From Microthyrium microscopicum (Eukaryota): a stretch of DNA of 64,000 bases. Positions 14,924 to 25,700 of the stretch are shown piece by piece (within the stretch, counting starts at the first letter, position 1; the number at the start of each line of letters is the position of its first letter). The notes under the pieces were generated by a model. It made no database searches. It worked only from the letters and a program-made list of their open reading frames with translations, and was not told where the DNA came from. The stretch spans positions 162,191 through 226,190 of the forward strand of contig MU004237.1 of the NCBI GenBank assembly GCA_010405405.1. The letters run 5' to 3'. A program made the position numbers and the translations under genes.

Positions 14924-15956
14924 TCATTCAACCAGAGCCCATGCTGCTCCTACCATGGCCACAAGCGACATGCTTCCCGCCATAAGCAGATTCACTGCGT
15001 TATTGTCCAGAATATCATGCCCCACCGCGATCTTGCGACTCTGACTTCCCTTCGTGTCTTTTGTTGGTGTAGACGCAGCAACCAGTACTTTATATCCACC
15101 ATCACCTTCGATGACTTTACCGGTCCGAACATCCACCACGCTTGCTTGCAGGGCTGCTCCAAGGAGAGAGTCCAACAAGGAGCCTCCCAAGCCAACAGCC
15201 GTCAAACCTACCACAAGGTTGACCTTTGATTGTAGAGTCCACCCGGCGCATAGTGGCATCATAACGACAGCTACGGTGCTGATCAGAAATGATCCGAGTA
15301 ATCCGGCTTGTAGCCCTGTCGCACTGACTCCGCCGTTGGTACCAGGAGGAACTACACGCCACGGCGCTGTGATGAGTCGAGGATTTGACTTTGAAAGGAT
15401 GCCTAGTTCGGATGAGAAGGTGTCGGAAGCTACAGCTGCATAGTTGCTGGACGAATGTCAGTCGACTTGCGAGTTGTAAGCTTTAACAAGTACTTACCCA
15501 ATGATGCCGAAAACCAAGACATCCTCGATCTGCAAGCCTTTGCGCGGCAGACAGCTTCCTTTCTTCTCATTCTGCCGTAATACCCACGCATGAAGTAGTA
15601 TAAGCACTGAAGCCACGATGGAGTTTGCGAGCACTTGGATGTGGCCTCGGGGTCCTTCGCCGCCTGGTGATCCGCTAGACGAATGTGTAAGCTTTGCTTT
15701 GATGTCATGCTTGACCTGTTAATTCCATATGTTAGCGGAAGCTCCATCAAAATAGAAAGACCATGAATACCTTTGTGACTGCGGTTCCAGCCAGAAAAAA
15801 GACTACGAGAAGCGTGAAGAAGACGCTCCAAGGATGGATCGCGTGAGCTCCTGCTGTAAGTACTGCCGCGACGATTCCAATCGGAGTGAGAGAGTTGCGT
15901 GAAATGGCTCTATACACCAAGCCCAGTGTAGCCAAAAGTGCGATCCACGGATTCAT
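14924..15956 (-). CDS. DUF92/TMEM19 integral membrane protein, 3 exons
   Basis: SLTPIGIVAA, FFLAGTAVTK, QVLANS, YAAVASDTFSSELGILS, PPGTNGGVSATG, GSLLDSLLGAALQ and LDNNAVNLL. Confidence 0.9.
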
Positions 15957-17002
15957 CTTGAGAAAGTCTCGTTGTTTTTCGCGGTAGACTGATCAGCTTG
16001 TTACGATTGCAGGCCTCCAAGCTTGGAATTACTTGTAATGCGCCACAAAGATGACGACAGGGATCACCCGATGGGACCCACTTTACCTAATGGATGTGTG
16101 GCAGCAGGATGTGGCACAAAATTACCCCTGACAATTGGAACTTTACGACAACAAAAGAAACGGCACCTGCCCAGCGGATGTATTTGGTGCTAGTTTTGGC
16201 AGATTTCGACATATGTCAAGCAAACTTGAAAACTTGACCCTGGAAATCGGTATGTATGACTGAGGACAGTAGGCACGATGTTCAGTATGGCGGGTGCACA
16301 ATTTGACTCCTGAGATTGAGATCGTTGAGTCTGATATCTGCCACTCACTGCTCTTTCCAAACAGTAATCTGTAATATGTAGGCATTGAAGACCGCTTCAC
16401 TTACCAAGCACCATGGCAAGATAAGCACGTTATTGCCATAATGCACAGTGGCACCCATCGATCTCGAAGAGAGCTCGCTCTCAATTCGCTCAAGTATAAT
16501 CCTGCCTTTGGAAGGTGAGGGCTTGTACTTAGCAAGTACGCGAAAACCCGTTCCATGGTAGTTTCCAACTTCAAGAATGGCGAGTCTACTCATCGCCCGT
16601 GAAATCTTTGTCTTCTCTCTCTTCTTCTTCTTTTGGTATGCACAGCATCTTGACTTAAGTGAAAGTTGACTGTGCTCTCCCTGCTATCAACATGACCGTA
16701 CGTACTTCTCACGATCCAACCATTCTCTGCTTCGGCCAGATCTTCCACATTCCTTCCGTGCCCCTTCACTATGACAATATTCAACTCGGAGCATCAATCA
16801 AGACTCTTTCACTCTGTCAAACCCTCATCCTGTCCCTCATCATTCATCACAAGCTCGTCTCTACGCTGGCATGGTTCATCTAAAAGGAGAATCATCAGCA
16901 TCTCATCTTGACCGAGTCTCAGCTATTTGATCTACTCGCTGGCGTACTCACTCACCAGATGTTTTACTCACTATCTCACTGCCTGCGTACTTGCCTCACT
17001 GG

Positions 17003-17066
17003 CTCAAAGTCTCATCGGCTCAACGTCTCATCAGCTCAACGTCTCATCAGCTCAACGTCTCATCAG
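17003..17066 (+). repeat. 16-bp minisatellite (CTCAACGTCTCATCAG), 4 copies
   Basis: Units start at 17003 (degenerate), 17019, 17035 and 17051. Confidence 0.9.
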
Positions 17067-17207
17067 CTCACTCACTCACTCACTCACTCACTCACTCACT
17101 CANNNNNNNNNNTCACTCACTCACTCACTCACTCACTCACTCACTCACTCACTCACTCACTCACTCACTCACTCACTCACTCACTCACTCACTCACTCAC
17201 TCACTCA
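17067..17207 (+). repeat. (CTCA)n microsatellite containing a 10-N assembly gap (17103-17112)
   Basis: Directly visible; the true length is unknown because of the gap. Confidence 0.97.
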
Positions 17208-17237
17208 GTTTTGATATATATACTAACATGTCTTTAG

Positions 17238-17783
17238 GGAATTGCCGAAGGCATTTTAGTAAGCGCGGTGGGCGGCGCGATCGCCTTCGTAGTTGTGGTA
17301 TTACCACTGGAGATCTTGGTGTTCGGGCGTGATTGGCGCGTCCCTTTTTGGGGAAAGAAGAAGAAGGAGGAAGGTGGTGATGTGGAGTTGGGGACGGTGA
17401 AGCCCTCTTTGCAGGAGGAGGTGGAGAGGTTGAAGGAAGATGCTGTTGAACGGGAAGGGGTGGTGGAAAAATTGAAAACGGATATGGAGAAAATGGAAAA
17501 GGAGATTGCGGGATTGAAAGAGAACTTTGGGTCCTTTGGGAAGGATGTTCTGGTGGAGTTGAGGGGGTTGAGGAGTGATCTGGGAGATCGTGAGGTTGGT
17601 AATGGCGGAAAGGGTAGAGGAGGCCCGGGGAGTGGTGCCCCTGACTTGGCCTCCGAACCCAAAGTGGAAGGATTGAGAAAGCGTTCGGGTGGCCATGGGC
17701 CAAAAGAGGCTGGTTTCTCTGCTGGCGCCATGCGCGTGGTGAGTGGTTGTTCTGAGCCACGATCCAAGGATAAGTCAGAATAA
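17238..17783 (+). CDS. Last exon of a hypothetical protein with a TM segment and a coiled-coil; upstream exon(s) unresolved, possibly near 16690-16880
   Basis: Branch point and acceptor TACTAAC...TTTAG end at 17237. The in-frame translation then reads GIAEGILVSAVGGAIAFVVVVLPLEILVF (hydrophobic), followed by E/K heptads. Confidence 0.5.
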   Translation, partial: GIAEGILVSAVGGAIAFVVVVLPLEILVFGRDWRVPFWGKKKKEEGGDVELGTVKPSLQEEVERLKEDAVEREGVVEKLKTDMEKMEKEIAGLKENFGSFGKDVLVELRGLRSDLGDREVGNGGKGRGGPGSGAPDLASEPKVEGLRKRSGGHGPKEAGFSAGAMRVVSGCSEPRSKDKSE

Positions 17784-18543
17784 GTTTTAATATACAGTTT
17801 TTCAGTTCCCATTTCGGCTTCATGGTCTTCATGTCACTTGTGAAAGGCATAAAATAGGTGAAATCCCTGTGGCAGATAACATGTCTTGACGATTTCTCAT
17901 AGAACAAGAACATGGTATCTTTTACTGCACTCGATGGCAACCATATGATGCGTTGTTTATCGAGTGCTATGGATCCCATCGAATACGGGAGGAGTTTTGT
18001 GATCGAACCCCTGAACAACCGAATGGTCTTTTTCAAACGTCATGGCCCTTTCTCAATCTCAGGGTGATTACTCTAGGTAGAGTCCTCTATTTCGAACCAT
18101 AACTCTTGACGACCTTCGATACAGGAAGCACACAGGTGGCTGCCAGTGCGTTTGATAGCTCCCATATAATGCCCTTGTGGACGAGTGCTATGGTGCCCTT
18201 TGGATGCAAAGGTCTCCATGGAGTAAATTATTATCTCGGTACGAAGAGACCATCGGGTGGTTTCAAGGCAATTCTAGGCTTAATCTTAGGCTTAAGATAT
18301 CAAATATAGGTTCACCTAGCCTACCCTTAGGAATCATCTGAAGCCACTTCATAATGAACTTGAGATTCATGGCATGCCAATAGAGTACGTCAGCAAAGCG
18401 GCTGATAAACTCCCATCGAAGTCGATGTCTGCCATCTACTGCGCTTCTGAACCGGCGTTCCAGTTCCTCAGTAGAACGTTTGAATGATAATGATTGTTTG
18501 GGCACGGCGAGTGTCAGAATAAAGTCGATTATATAAGTAACCA

Positions 18544-18645
18544 GCATGGCCAGAGATTCAACATGGCGAGTTATTCAACATGGCGAGTTATTCAACACGG
18601 CGAGAGATCTAGCATGGCGAGAGATTCAGAATGGCAAGCAAGTCA
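18544..18645 (+). repeat. Degenerate 17-bp tandem repeat, 6 copies (consensus approximately RCATGGCGAGWKATTCA)
   Basis: Units start at 18544, 18561, 18578, 18595, 18612 and 18629; the 18561 and 18578 units are identical. Confidence 0.85.
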
Positions 18646-20179
18646 GCGTGGCGTGGTGACACGTAAAATGAGGGTGGTTCGTTTGTCATTGCAAACTTTT
18701 GAGGTATCTGAACCAGTACGCCGACTGGTGGTGCAAATATATAATGGTGTATATCTAAGTGCTAAGCTATGTAAACTGGTCTAGATAATCTAATTTTGAA
18801 GTAAGGTCAGTTGCGAAGCATGGTGGTTTGTTTGGTGGATGTTGATGTGGCAGGCTCCGACTTTGCACGAGTGACTTGACGGTAGCATCGAGAGCTTTCG
18901 TGGTGTGTATGTTGCGGAGCGTAGATTCCGACCAGAGAGAGTTTTGACAAGCATGGTGCTTGGAGTTCGTGGTGAGCGCGAGTTCTCAGATGTACTCGGG
19001 CCAGGATCTTGTCTTGTGTTTGAAATGTAGCTCCGTGATTGTACATGTCCGAAGGGTGGAAGCAGAACAAGATGTAAAGAGCTACGAGCCATTGTCGTGA
19101 AGTCCGCAGAACCTTGAAAGGTGAAACAGCTATCGATCGCCCGCGTGATATTTCGTTGCAGATGAGTTTGAACAAGCGAGAAGGCTGGAAAGCAATGACG
19201 TAAGACAACTGGAAAGCTGATGGCTCCAAAGGGTTCGCGGGATGGTATTATTCACTGCGGTCCAGTAATGCATATGCTTAGATCGCATCGTGGCCAAGGA
19301 AGATCAGTTGTGAGGTTATCGGTGGGTGAAATCCACGTTGAGGTGTATCGGATTCGCTCCATGGGATCTTTTATATCAAATCGGCAAGTGGTGCCGTTCG
19401 GTTGAGGGTTTCGACAAAGTTTGATCGTTCGACAGGAACGTGGCCTCCAAAGCTGCTTGAAGATGAAGAGGAATTCATGGCTGGAGCTATCAGGAGGACT
19501 GAATGGCTGAGGAAATTGAGAGACGATGCCGTACTTTCGAAGGCTAGATGTGGCAGCCAGCTAGTCTGGGTGGATAGGATTTGCATAGAAACGTGATCGT
19601 GCATAGACGAAGAAAATTCGAGGGAGTTGAGAGTGGAATTGTTGAGCAGATTCGAATTGCTCCAGCATGTTGCATTGGGAGTTTCCTGATGAACAATGCC
19701 CTAATGGCGATGAATGGAAGCTGTTTGTGACTGTGGCCCTGTTAGTTGATTCGGACAATAGAGCAAATTGGAGGAGACTGTACCTATAGATTCTGACTGT
19801 GAGGATAGCATGTCTGGCTGTCGGAAAGTGACTACAGACGAATGGTTCAAGGTCTTTGAGTCCAGTAAGGGCTGCAGAAGTGATGGAGACACGCAATGTA
19901 GAAGCAAAAGAGATGGTAACAGTGGTTTTCTTGATGAGAGTATGGTTTAGAAGTGATGGAAGAGAACAGGAGAGAATGGCAGAGGGGAATGAGGCTTGCT
20001 GATCAGGCTGGAAGTCGCATGTCAAATCGTAAAGACGTCCTTGCCCTTCACCTAGGTTGCAGCTTCACATTTCAACACTACCCAGCGTTGCTCCGCGACT
20101 TCTGACACTATATTAGAGTGTTCCTACTTAGCCATCACCGAGATCTTCAAGCTGTCATGTGTAATCATCATAACATACC

Positions 20180-20331
20180 TATTACAAGAATATGAGAAAT
20201 AAAGCGTGGTTGATTACTACGGGAGTCTAAGGGCCTAATATAGTTTTTAGGACACGCTAATTAGGGGATTATGTTATCCCTAATTAGGTCCTATGATTAT
20301 TTAATTTTTTAGTATATTCTTTATTATAATA
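20180..20331 (-). repeat. Left (3') LTR, 152 bp
   Basis: Aligns without gaps to 29630-29781, and all differences are transitions. Its ends TA...TA are RIP products of TG...CA. Confidence 0.95.
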
Positions 20332-20340
20332 TTCTTCCTT
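20332..20340 (-). other. Polypurine tract remnant (AAGGAAGAA on the minus strand)
   Basis: A purine run immediately upstream of the 3' LTR in element orientation. Confidence 0.6.
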
Positions 20341-20974
20341 ACTAGCGTGAACTCTTCTAAGATTATAAATCTTGTAGCTATAGCTTAATAAATGAGTAAA
20401 ATAAAAAGAATATTGTAATAACTAATAAGGAACCTCTACTTAGGAACTAGGTTTATTACCCTAATTATGCTAAATAGTAACCTCTAAGATATTATTCCCT
20501 AAGAACTCTTCCTAAGATCTTAGTTAAACTATTATAAATAGTACTTAGGCGTTTATAGTTCCTTAATCCTTTTAGGAAGGTTTATCTATATAGGAGCTAT
20601 TAGTAGTAATATATTAAGGAATCGTAAGGGGTTTATATAGGTGTACTAAGGCTGCTTAATCTAGCAAGGAATATATATAACCTACGTATTGAGGCCTTAA
20701 AGGGTAAAGTTTATAAGAAGTAACGTGTAGGTAGTAATAAAGAACTAGGTAGTAATTGCTAGTCTAAGTAAATATAGGGATAGGAGCCTAATCTTATGTC
20801 TATAAAGCTTTATGATTTGTTATCTTCTCTTCTTCTTCTTTATTATACTTTTATAATATTTTTAAGCTAGTAGAAGTAGATTCCTTCTTGTACTTTTAAT
20901 ATTATTAAACATAAGTAACTTTATATATTTTCCTTGCTTAAAACTTACTATTTATACTTCCTAAGGCTCTTAAA

Positions 20975-22590
20975 ATGGCTCTTCTAGGTACTTTAAAGAA
21001 GGGTGGCTCTTAGAAGTCTAATAAGGAAAACTCTTCTTGTTTAGGTACTTATTAGAAGATTATTAACGCTCTAAAGGAGGATAAGTAGGAGTAGCCCTTA
21101 CCTTATGTAACTTATTTACGTAAGAAGGTTAAGGCTAAGGTTTTGTCTTCTTTGCTAAGTCGTAAGGAAACTCCTAGGGAATTAGTTTATAACTTGGTTA
21201 AGCGTTATTCTTATTTTATAAGTTTCTAGCTAATTAACTAAATCCTAGAGGCTAATAAGGAGAAGGAAGATCTCTTTAGTAATGCTTCTAGTAACGTCTT
21301 TCGTCCTTATTATAAGTTTTTAGTATCTCTTATAATGCTAAGAATGTCTTGTTAAATAATTTCTATTAATGATACTTCTACTTAGGGATTAGTACGTATA
21401 ATAAGAAGTCTAGACTTGTTAGAAAGTGATTATAAGGCTAAGTATAAAACTCCTATGCTTTTTAACTTATTATAGGTACGTAATTTCTATGCTAAGACTC
21501 TTATAATAATTTTAACTTGTAAGTATAAGGCTGCTAAAAAGGAGTTAATAAACTTAGTAAAGCACTAGGAGTTTATAGAGTAAGAGGTAAAAGGTTATAA
21601 AGATTAACTAGCCTTTACTAATAAGAGCTTAGAAGATACTTATGAGTATATTAAAACTATTAAAGCTACGCGTAATAAACGTAAGTAGGAGTTAAAGTAA
21701 GTAAGACTTTAGAAGTATAAACGTAAGGTAAGCTTAATAGTAATTTTAGAAAAGCTATTTGCTATGCGTAGTCGTGTAAATATAGTAAGACTAACTACTA
21801 AGAAGAGTATAAATTATTAAGAGAAGTAGGTTAAGTTCCTAGACTCTAACTAGTATTTTGCCTTTAAGGACGTTAAACTCTTAAGGGAGAAAGTAACTTA
21901 GGAATTACTCTTCTGGCTCTTAAAATATTACTAGAAGGATAATAGTATTCTAGTAAAGGTTACTAATATCTTAGTGCTTATACCTTAGTGAGAGATTTAT
22001 TAGTATTTAAGTACTTTGCTCTTAATTAGGAATATTCTATTATTATCTTCTTGTTTAAAGACTTTTATAATATATATAACTATAAGAGTAAAGTAAGAAA
22101 AGGCTTATGTGCGTTATTAGGACTTGTTATGAGTCTATGCTTATAATAGGTACGTTATTAGTATGTATAAGGAGAATAAGGCTTTTTTCTTAGATGGTAC
22201 CTATACTAATTATATGTTTAATAGTAAACCTTAAACTTGTTTATTCTATAAGGACTACGTTTTGCTATAGAATTAGAAGAAAGGTCTAAATCCTATCGTT
22301 GTTTAGTTATTTGCTTCTCTTAGTATTTCTAAGTTACTAATTAATAAGGAGTACTTTAGAATGGCTAAAATTGCTATAGGATTAGTAGCCTAAGTAAAGC
22401 TCTTAGAGGATAAGAAGAAGAAGTAGGTATAGGCCTTAAAGAGATAGGACTCTATAGGATTGTAGTAGGATATATAGTAGTAGTTCTTTAATATTTTTAT
22501 GTTTCTTAGTCTTATTTTATTAGTTTATTAAAGGGTAGACTTTAGTGATGGTCTTAGAGATTACTAGGGAGATCTAAAGATAACTTATTA
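20975..22590 (+). pseudogene. RIP-degraded antisense accessory gene of the retrotransposon (coiled-coil plus six-Cys DUF3716-like domain); 3' end approximate
   Basis: AAAATGG start at 20975, with one frame (+2) maintained for about 530 codons of protein-like sequence. The de-RIPed motif C-x2-C-x11-C-x16-C-x2-C-x8-C with G-A-C-A-N-C...C-S-F lies at 22106-22246. Confidence 0.65.
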
Positions 22591-22769
22591 TATTTAAATA
22601 TCCTTAGTGATAGTTTTAAAAATTACTAGGGAGATCTAAGGGTTTAGCTTATTTATTATAGCTTATAATAGTTTACTTAAATTAATAATAAAATAAAAAT
22701 GATTTTTTATAAATAGTTTCTTAAATAAATATAATTAGGAAAGGTTATAAAAGAGATAATAAAAGGTTA

Positions 22770-25700
22770 ATTTTTCTTTTCTTTCTTATAGATACCTTAC
22801 TTATATCTATACGTAGGATAATCTCTTATCTAGGAGTAGCTTTTTACTATCTTTATCTTAATCCTAAATATTATAAGCTAGTACTAGGATGTATAGAACT
22901 ACTAGGCGTTATAGTTAGCCTAAATATATTAGTATCTTATAAGAATTCTTTAGTTATGTCTATCTCTTATAGTAGACTAGGTTTAGGGTAATCTATAGGA
23001 AGAACTTCTACTTTTATAGTATTTAGTAATAAAGGGTTAATACCCTAATAGTTCTCTCTAGGATTAGATACTTATTTATATAGATTTATTACCTTTAGTA
23101 TAGGCGTGTAAGTAATTAGGGTAGTAATCTTATTATGGCTCCTTAGCCTTAATAATTTATCTCTCTGCTCTTATTGTTCTAGTGATATAAAGATTAATTC
23201 TTGTTCTACTATAGCTAGGAGAATTTCCTTCCTTACTAAGCTTTAATTTAGGGAGGTAGGAATATTATTATTCTTTTCTCTTACTAGATCTTATAGCACT
23301 ATAGAATATTCTACCTTCTATATAATTTGCTTTATTTGCTTTAGATTGCCTTGCGCTAAAGCTAGAATTAGGCTAGAAGGAATATATTTTAACGTTATAG
23401 GAGTCTCTAAGTTACTACTTAGGTTATGGATAGTTGCTATAGAGTGTTTCTTTTCTTATCTATAAATGTCTACTTTAGCTTTTTAAACTTTTCTTATGAG
23501 GTTAAGAGGAATAGTAGGTAGACTTAGGTAATATCTCTTAGTATTAGACTTCTTAATATTAATTAACTCTACTAAAAGGTTTCTTAATCTATTAAGCTAG
23601 TCTTTCTTAGTTATAGTAGATATATCTATCTTGCTTCTATGCTCTTTGTTTAGAACGCCTTTAAGGTCGTTTTTACTTAGTTGCTTATACTTAGGATATG
23701 GCTAGTTTTAGTAATAATATTTATTTTTTTTTTGTGTATATGCCTATATAAGGTAATTTCTATAGATAAGGTTTCTAAGTACTCTTTTGTTAAGTATCTT
23801 AAGAGCATATATTCCTAAGGGGTAGGCCTTTAAGACTTTATAAGGGCTAAACTACGCTGCCTAGAACTTAGTTTTATTTAAGTTTTTAAGGAGCATATAA
23901 GAACTTATAGGGAACTTAATAATGGAATTCTCTTTTAAAATTATGTTGCTATTAATAAGGTTTAAGGCTATGGCTTGTTTTAATAAGGTGTTATAATAGA
24001 CTTGCCTAGTAGTTCTAACCTTCTTTAGGTAATCTTTAGTAATTGCGTAGATAGGAGGTATAGTACTAGTTAATTTAGTTTATTTATTTTTTTTTATTTA
24101 GCCTATTTTAAAGTCTTTAGGATCTCTTCTATAGATAAGGAAGAAAGAAGATATTCCTAACGTAGTATAAGCTTGTATCCTAGTAGTATAAACTACCTAA
24201 TCTAGGTATAGATCCTAGCTAGCTATAAGTTTTCCTTTTAGGAACTTAGTTAGGAATATGCTTAGTAGGCTATTAAATCTCTTAATCTTTTTATTAGACT
24301 AGGGGTTATATAGGGCTATTAAGTAGTGCTTAGTCTTTATCTATTATAATAAGGACGAAATTACGTTTAAGATAAATTAAGGTCTATTATCTAAGGTTAA
24401 TGATTAAGGAGGGCTATATTTTAAAATAATTTTCTTATAGATAAATTCTATAACTATAAGAGTAGTAGTATTTAGTATTGCTTTTATAATAGGCTATTCT
24501 ATAGTATAGTTAATTATATAGATAATATACTAGTTCCTAAGGAGACTCTATAGAAGTTTACTAATTAGGTTGATTCCTTAAGCCTTAAATAGCTATAGGT
24601 TTTGTACTTAATAGTAGGACTTATGCTTAGGCCTACTTTAATTTATCTATTAAACTTAATATATAGGATAGAACTAGGTAAATTCTTAAAAGTTGTTTTC
24701 TATTCCTAGCTACTAATCTTCTAGTTTAAGGATACTAGTAAGGCTTATATATAATAGGTGCCTATATTAATTATGTACTTTCTTAATAAGGTCTTAGTAG
24801 TAGAGGGGGTAAATATAGGGTGAATTAGTAAGTATCTTAGCTTTGGTAAAATCTTTCTTTAAGAATAGATGCTTGTATTTTTTCCTAATATCTTTATTAA
24901 GGTTAATTTAAAAACGATTAAGAACGCTTTTTTAGAGCTTCTTTTATACGTTAGTAAGAATAGTATAATTTTTCTTTTTTAACGCTTTCTATAAGCTTTA
25001 TATATAGAGGGCTTCTTATTCTTTTTGCTTTTATAAGAGTTCTAATAGGGTAGCTTGCGCCTTAGAAGATAAGTTATTATTACTATCTTTAGGCTTTATT
25101 TCCTAAATAGTATTAATCTATTCTTCTTAAAAGTTTAGGTAGTGACTAAGAGTATTAGGAACTACTGCTTAGGAACCCTTATAATACGTGAAGATAAGAT
25201 TAAATTCTTGGAACTCTTTAATTTATTAAGTAATATGTTAAGTGTTATTCTTAATTGTATTTATATACTATAAGCTATTATAATTTATAATTACTTTAGT
25301 AGTCTTCCTTAGGAAGTAGTGTTAGTATTTTTTAATTATATTCTTAACTATAAGAAGCTCTTTTTCGTATACTGAATAATTAAGTTTAGCTTTGCTTAGC
25401 TTATGGCTATTAAAAGTAACTAGGTGTTATTTACCTTAGTTATCTTCTTGTGTTAGCTTGTAACTAATTGTATAATTTAAAGTATTTATTTAGAGCTTTA
25501 TAAGCTTTTATAAGTTATATATTGCTAAGATAGGTAATAAGGTTAATAGGGTCTTAATTCTATTAAAGGCTATAGTATATTAATAAGTTTAAGTAATAGG
25601 GTAGTGCTTCTTTTTTTTAATATTTAGGTTAGCTTTCTTTAGGAGGTTAAAGATAAGGGTAGTAATCTTAGTAAAGTTCTTAATATACTACTAATAGTAT

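Noticed and set aside
16908..17332. ORFs with THSL repeats in three frames
   Set aside because: These are an artefact of the stop-free (CTCA)n microsatellite.
18544..18645. CRISPR-like array
   Set aside because: The units are contiguous with no spacers or cas genes, and the context is eukaryotic.
18790..20025. Several 100-150 aa minus-strand ORFs
   Set aside because: They have no recognisable motifs and no consistent splice model; a decayed gene is possible but cannot be supported.
20167..20175. ATCATAAC(A) just left of the TSD, resembling the LTR end (insertion next to an older LTR?)
   Set aside because: The match is only 8-9 bp and does not extend further left, so it is probably coincidence.
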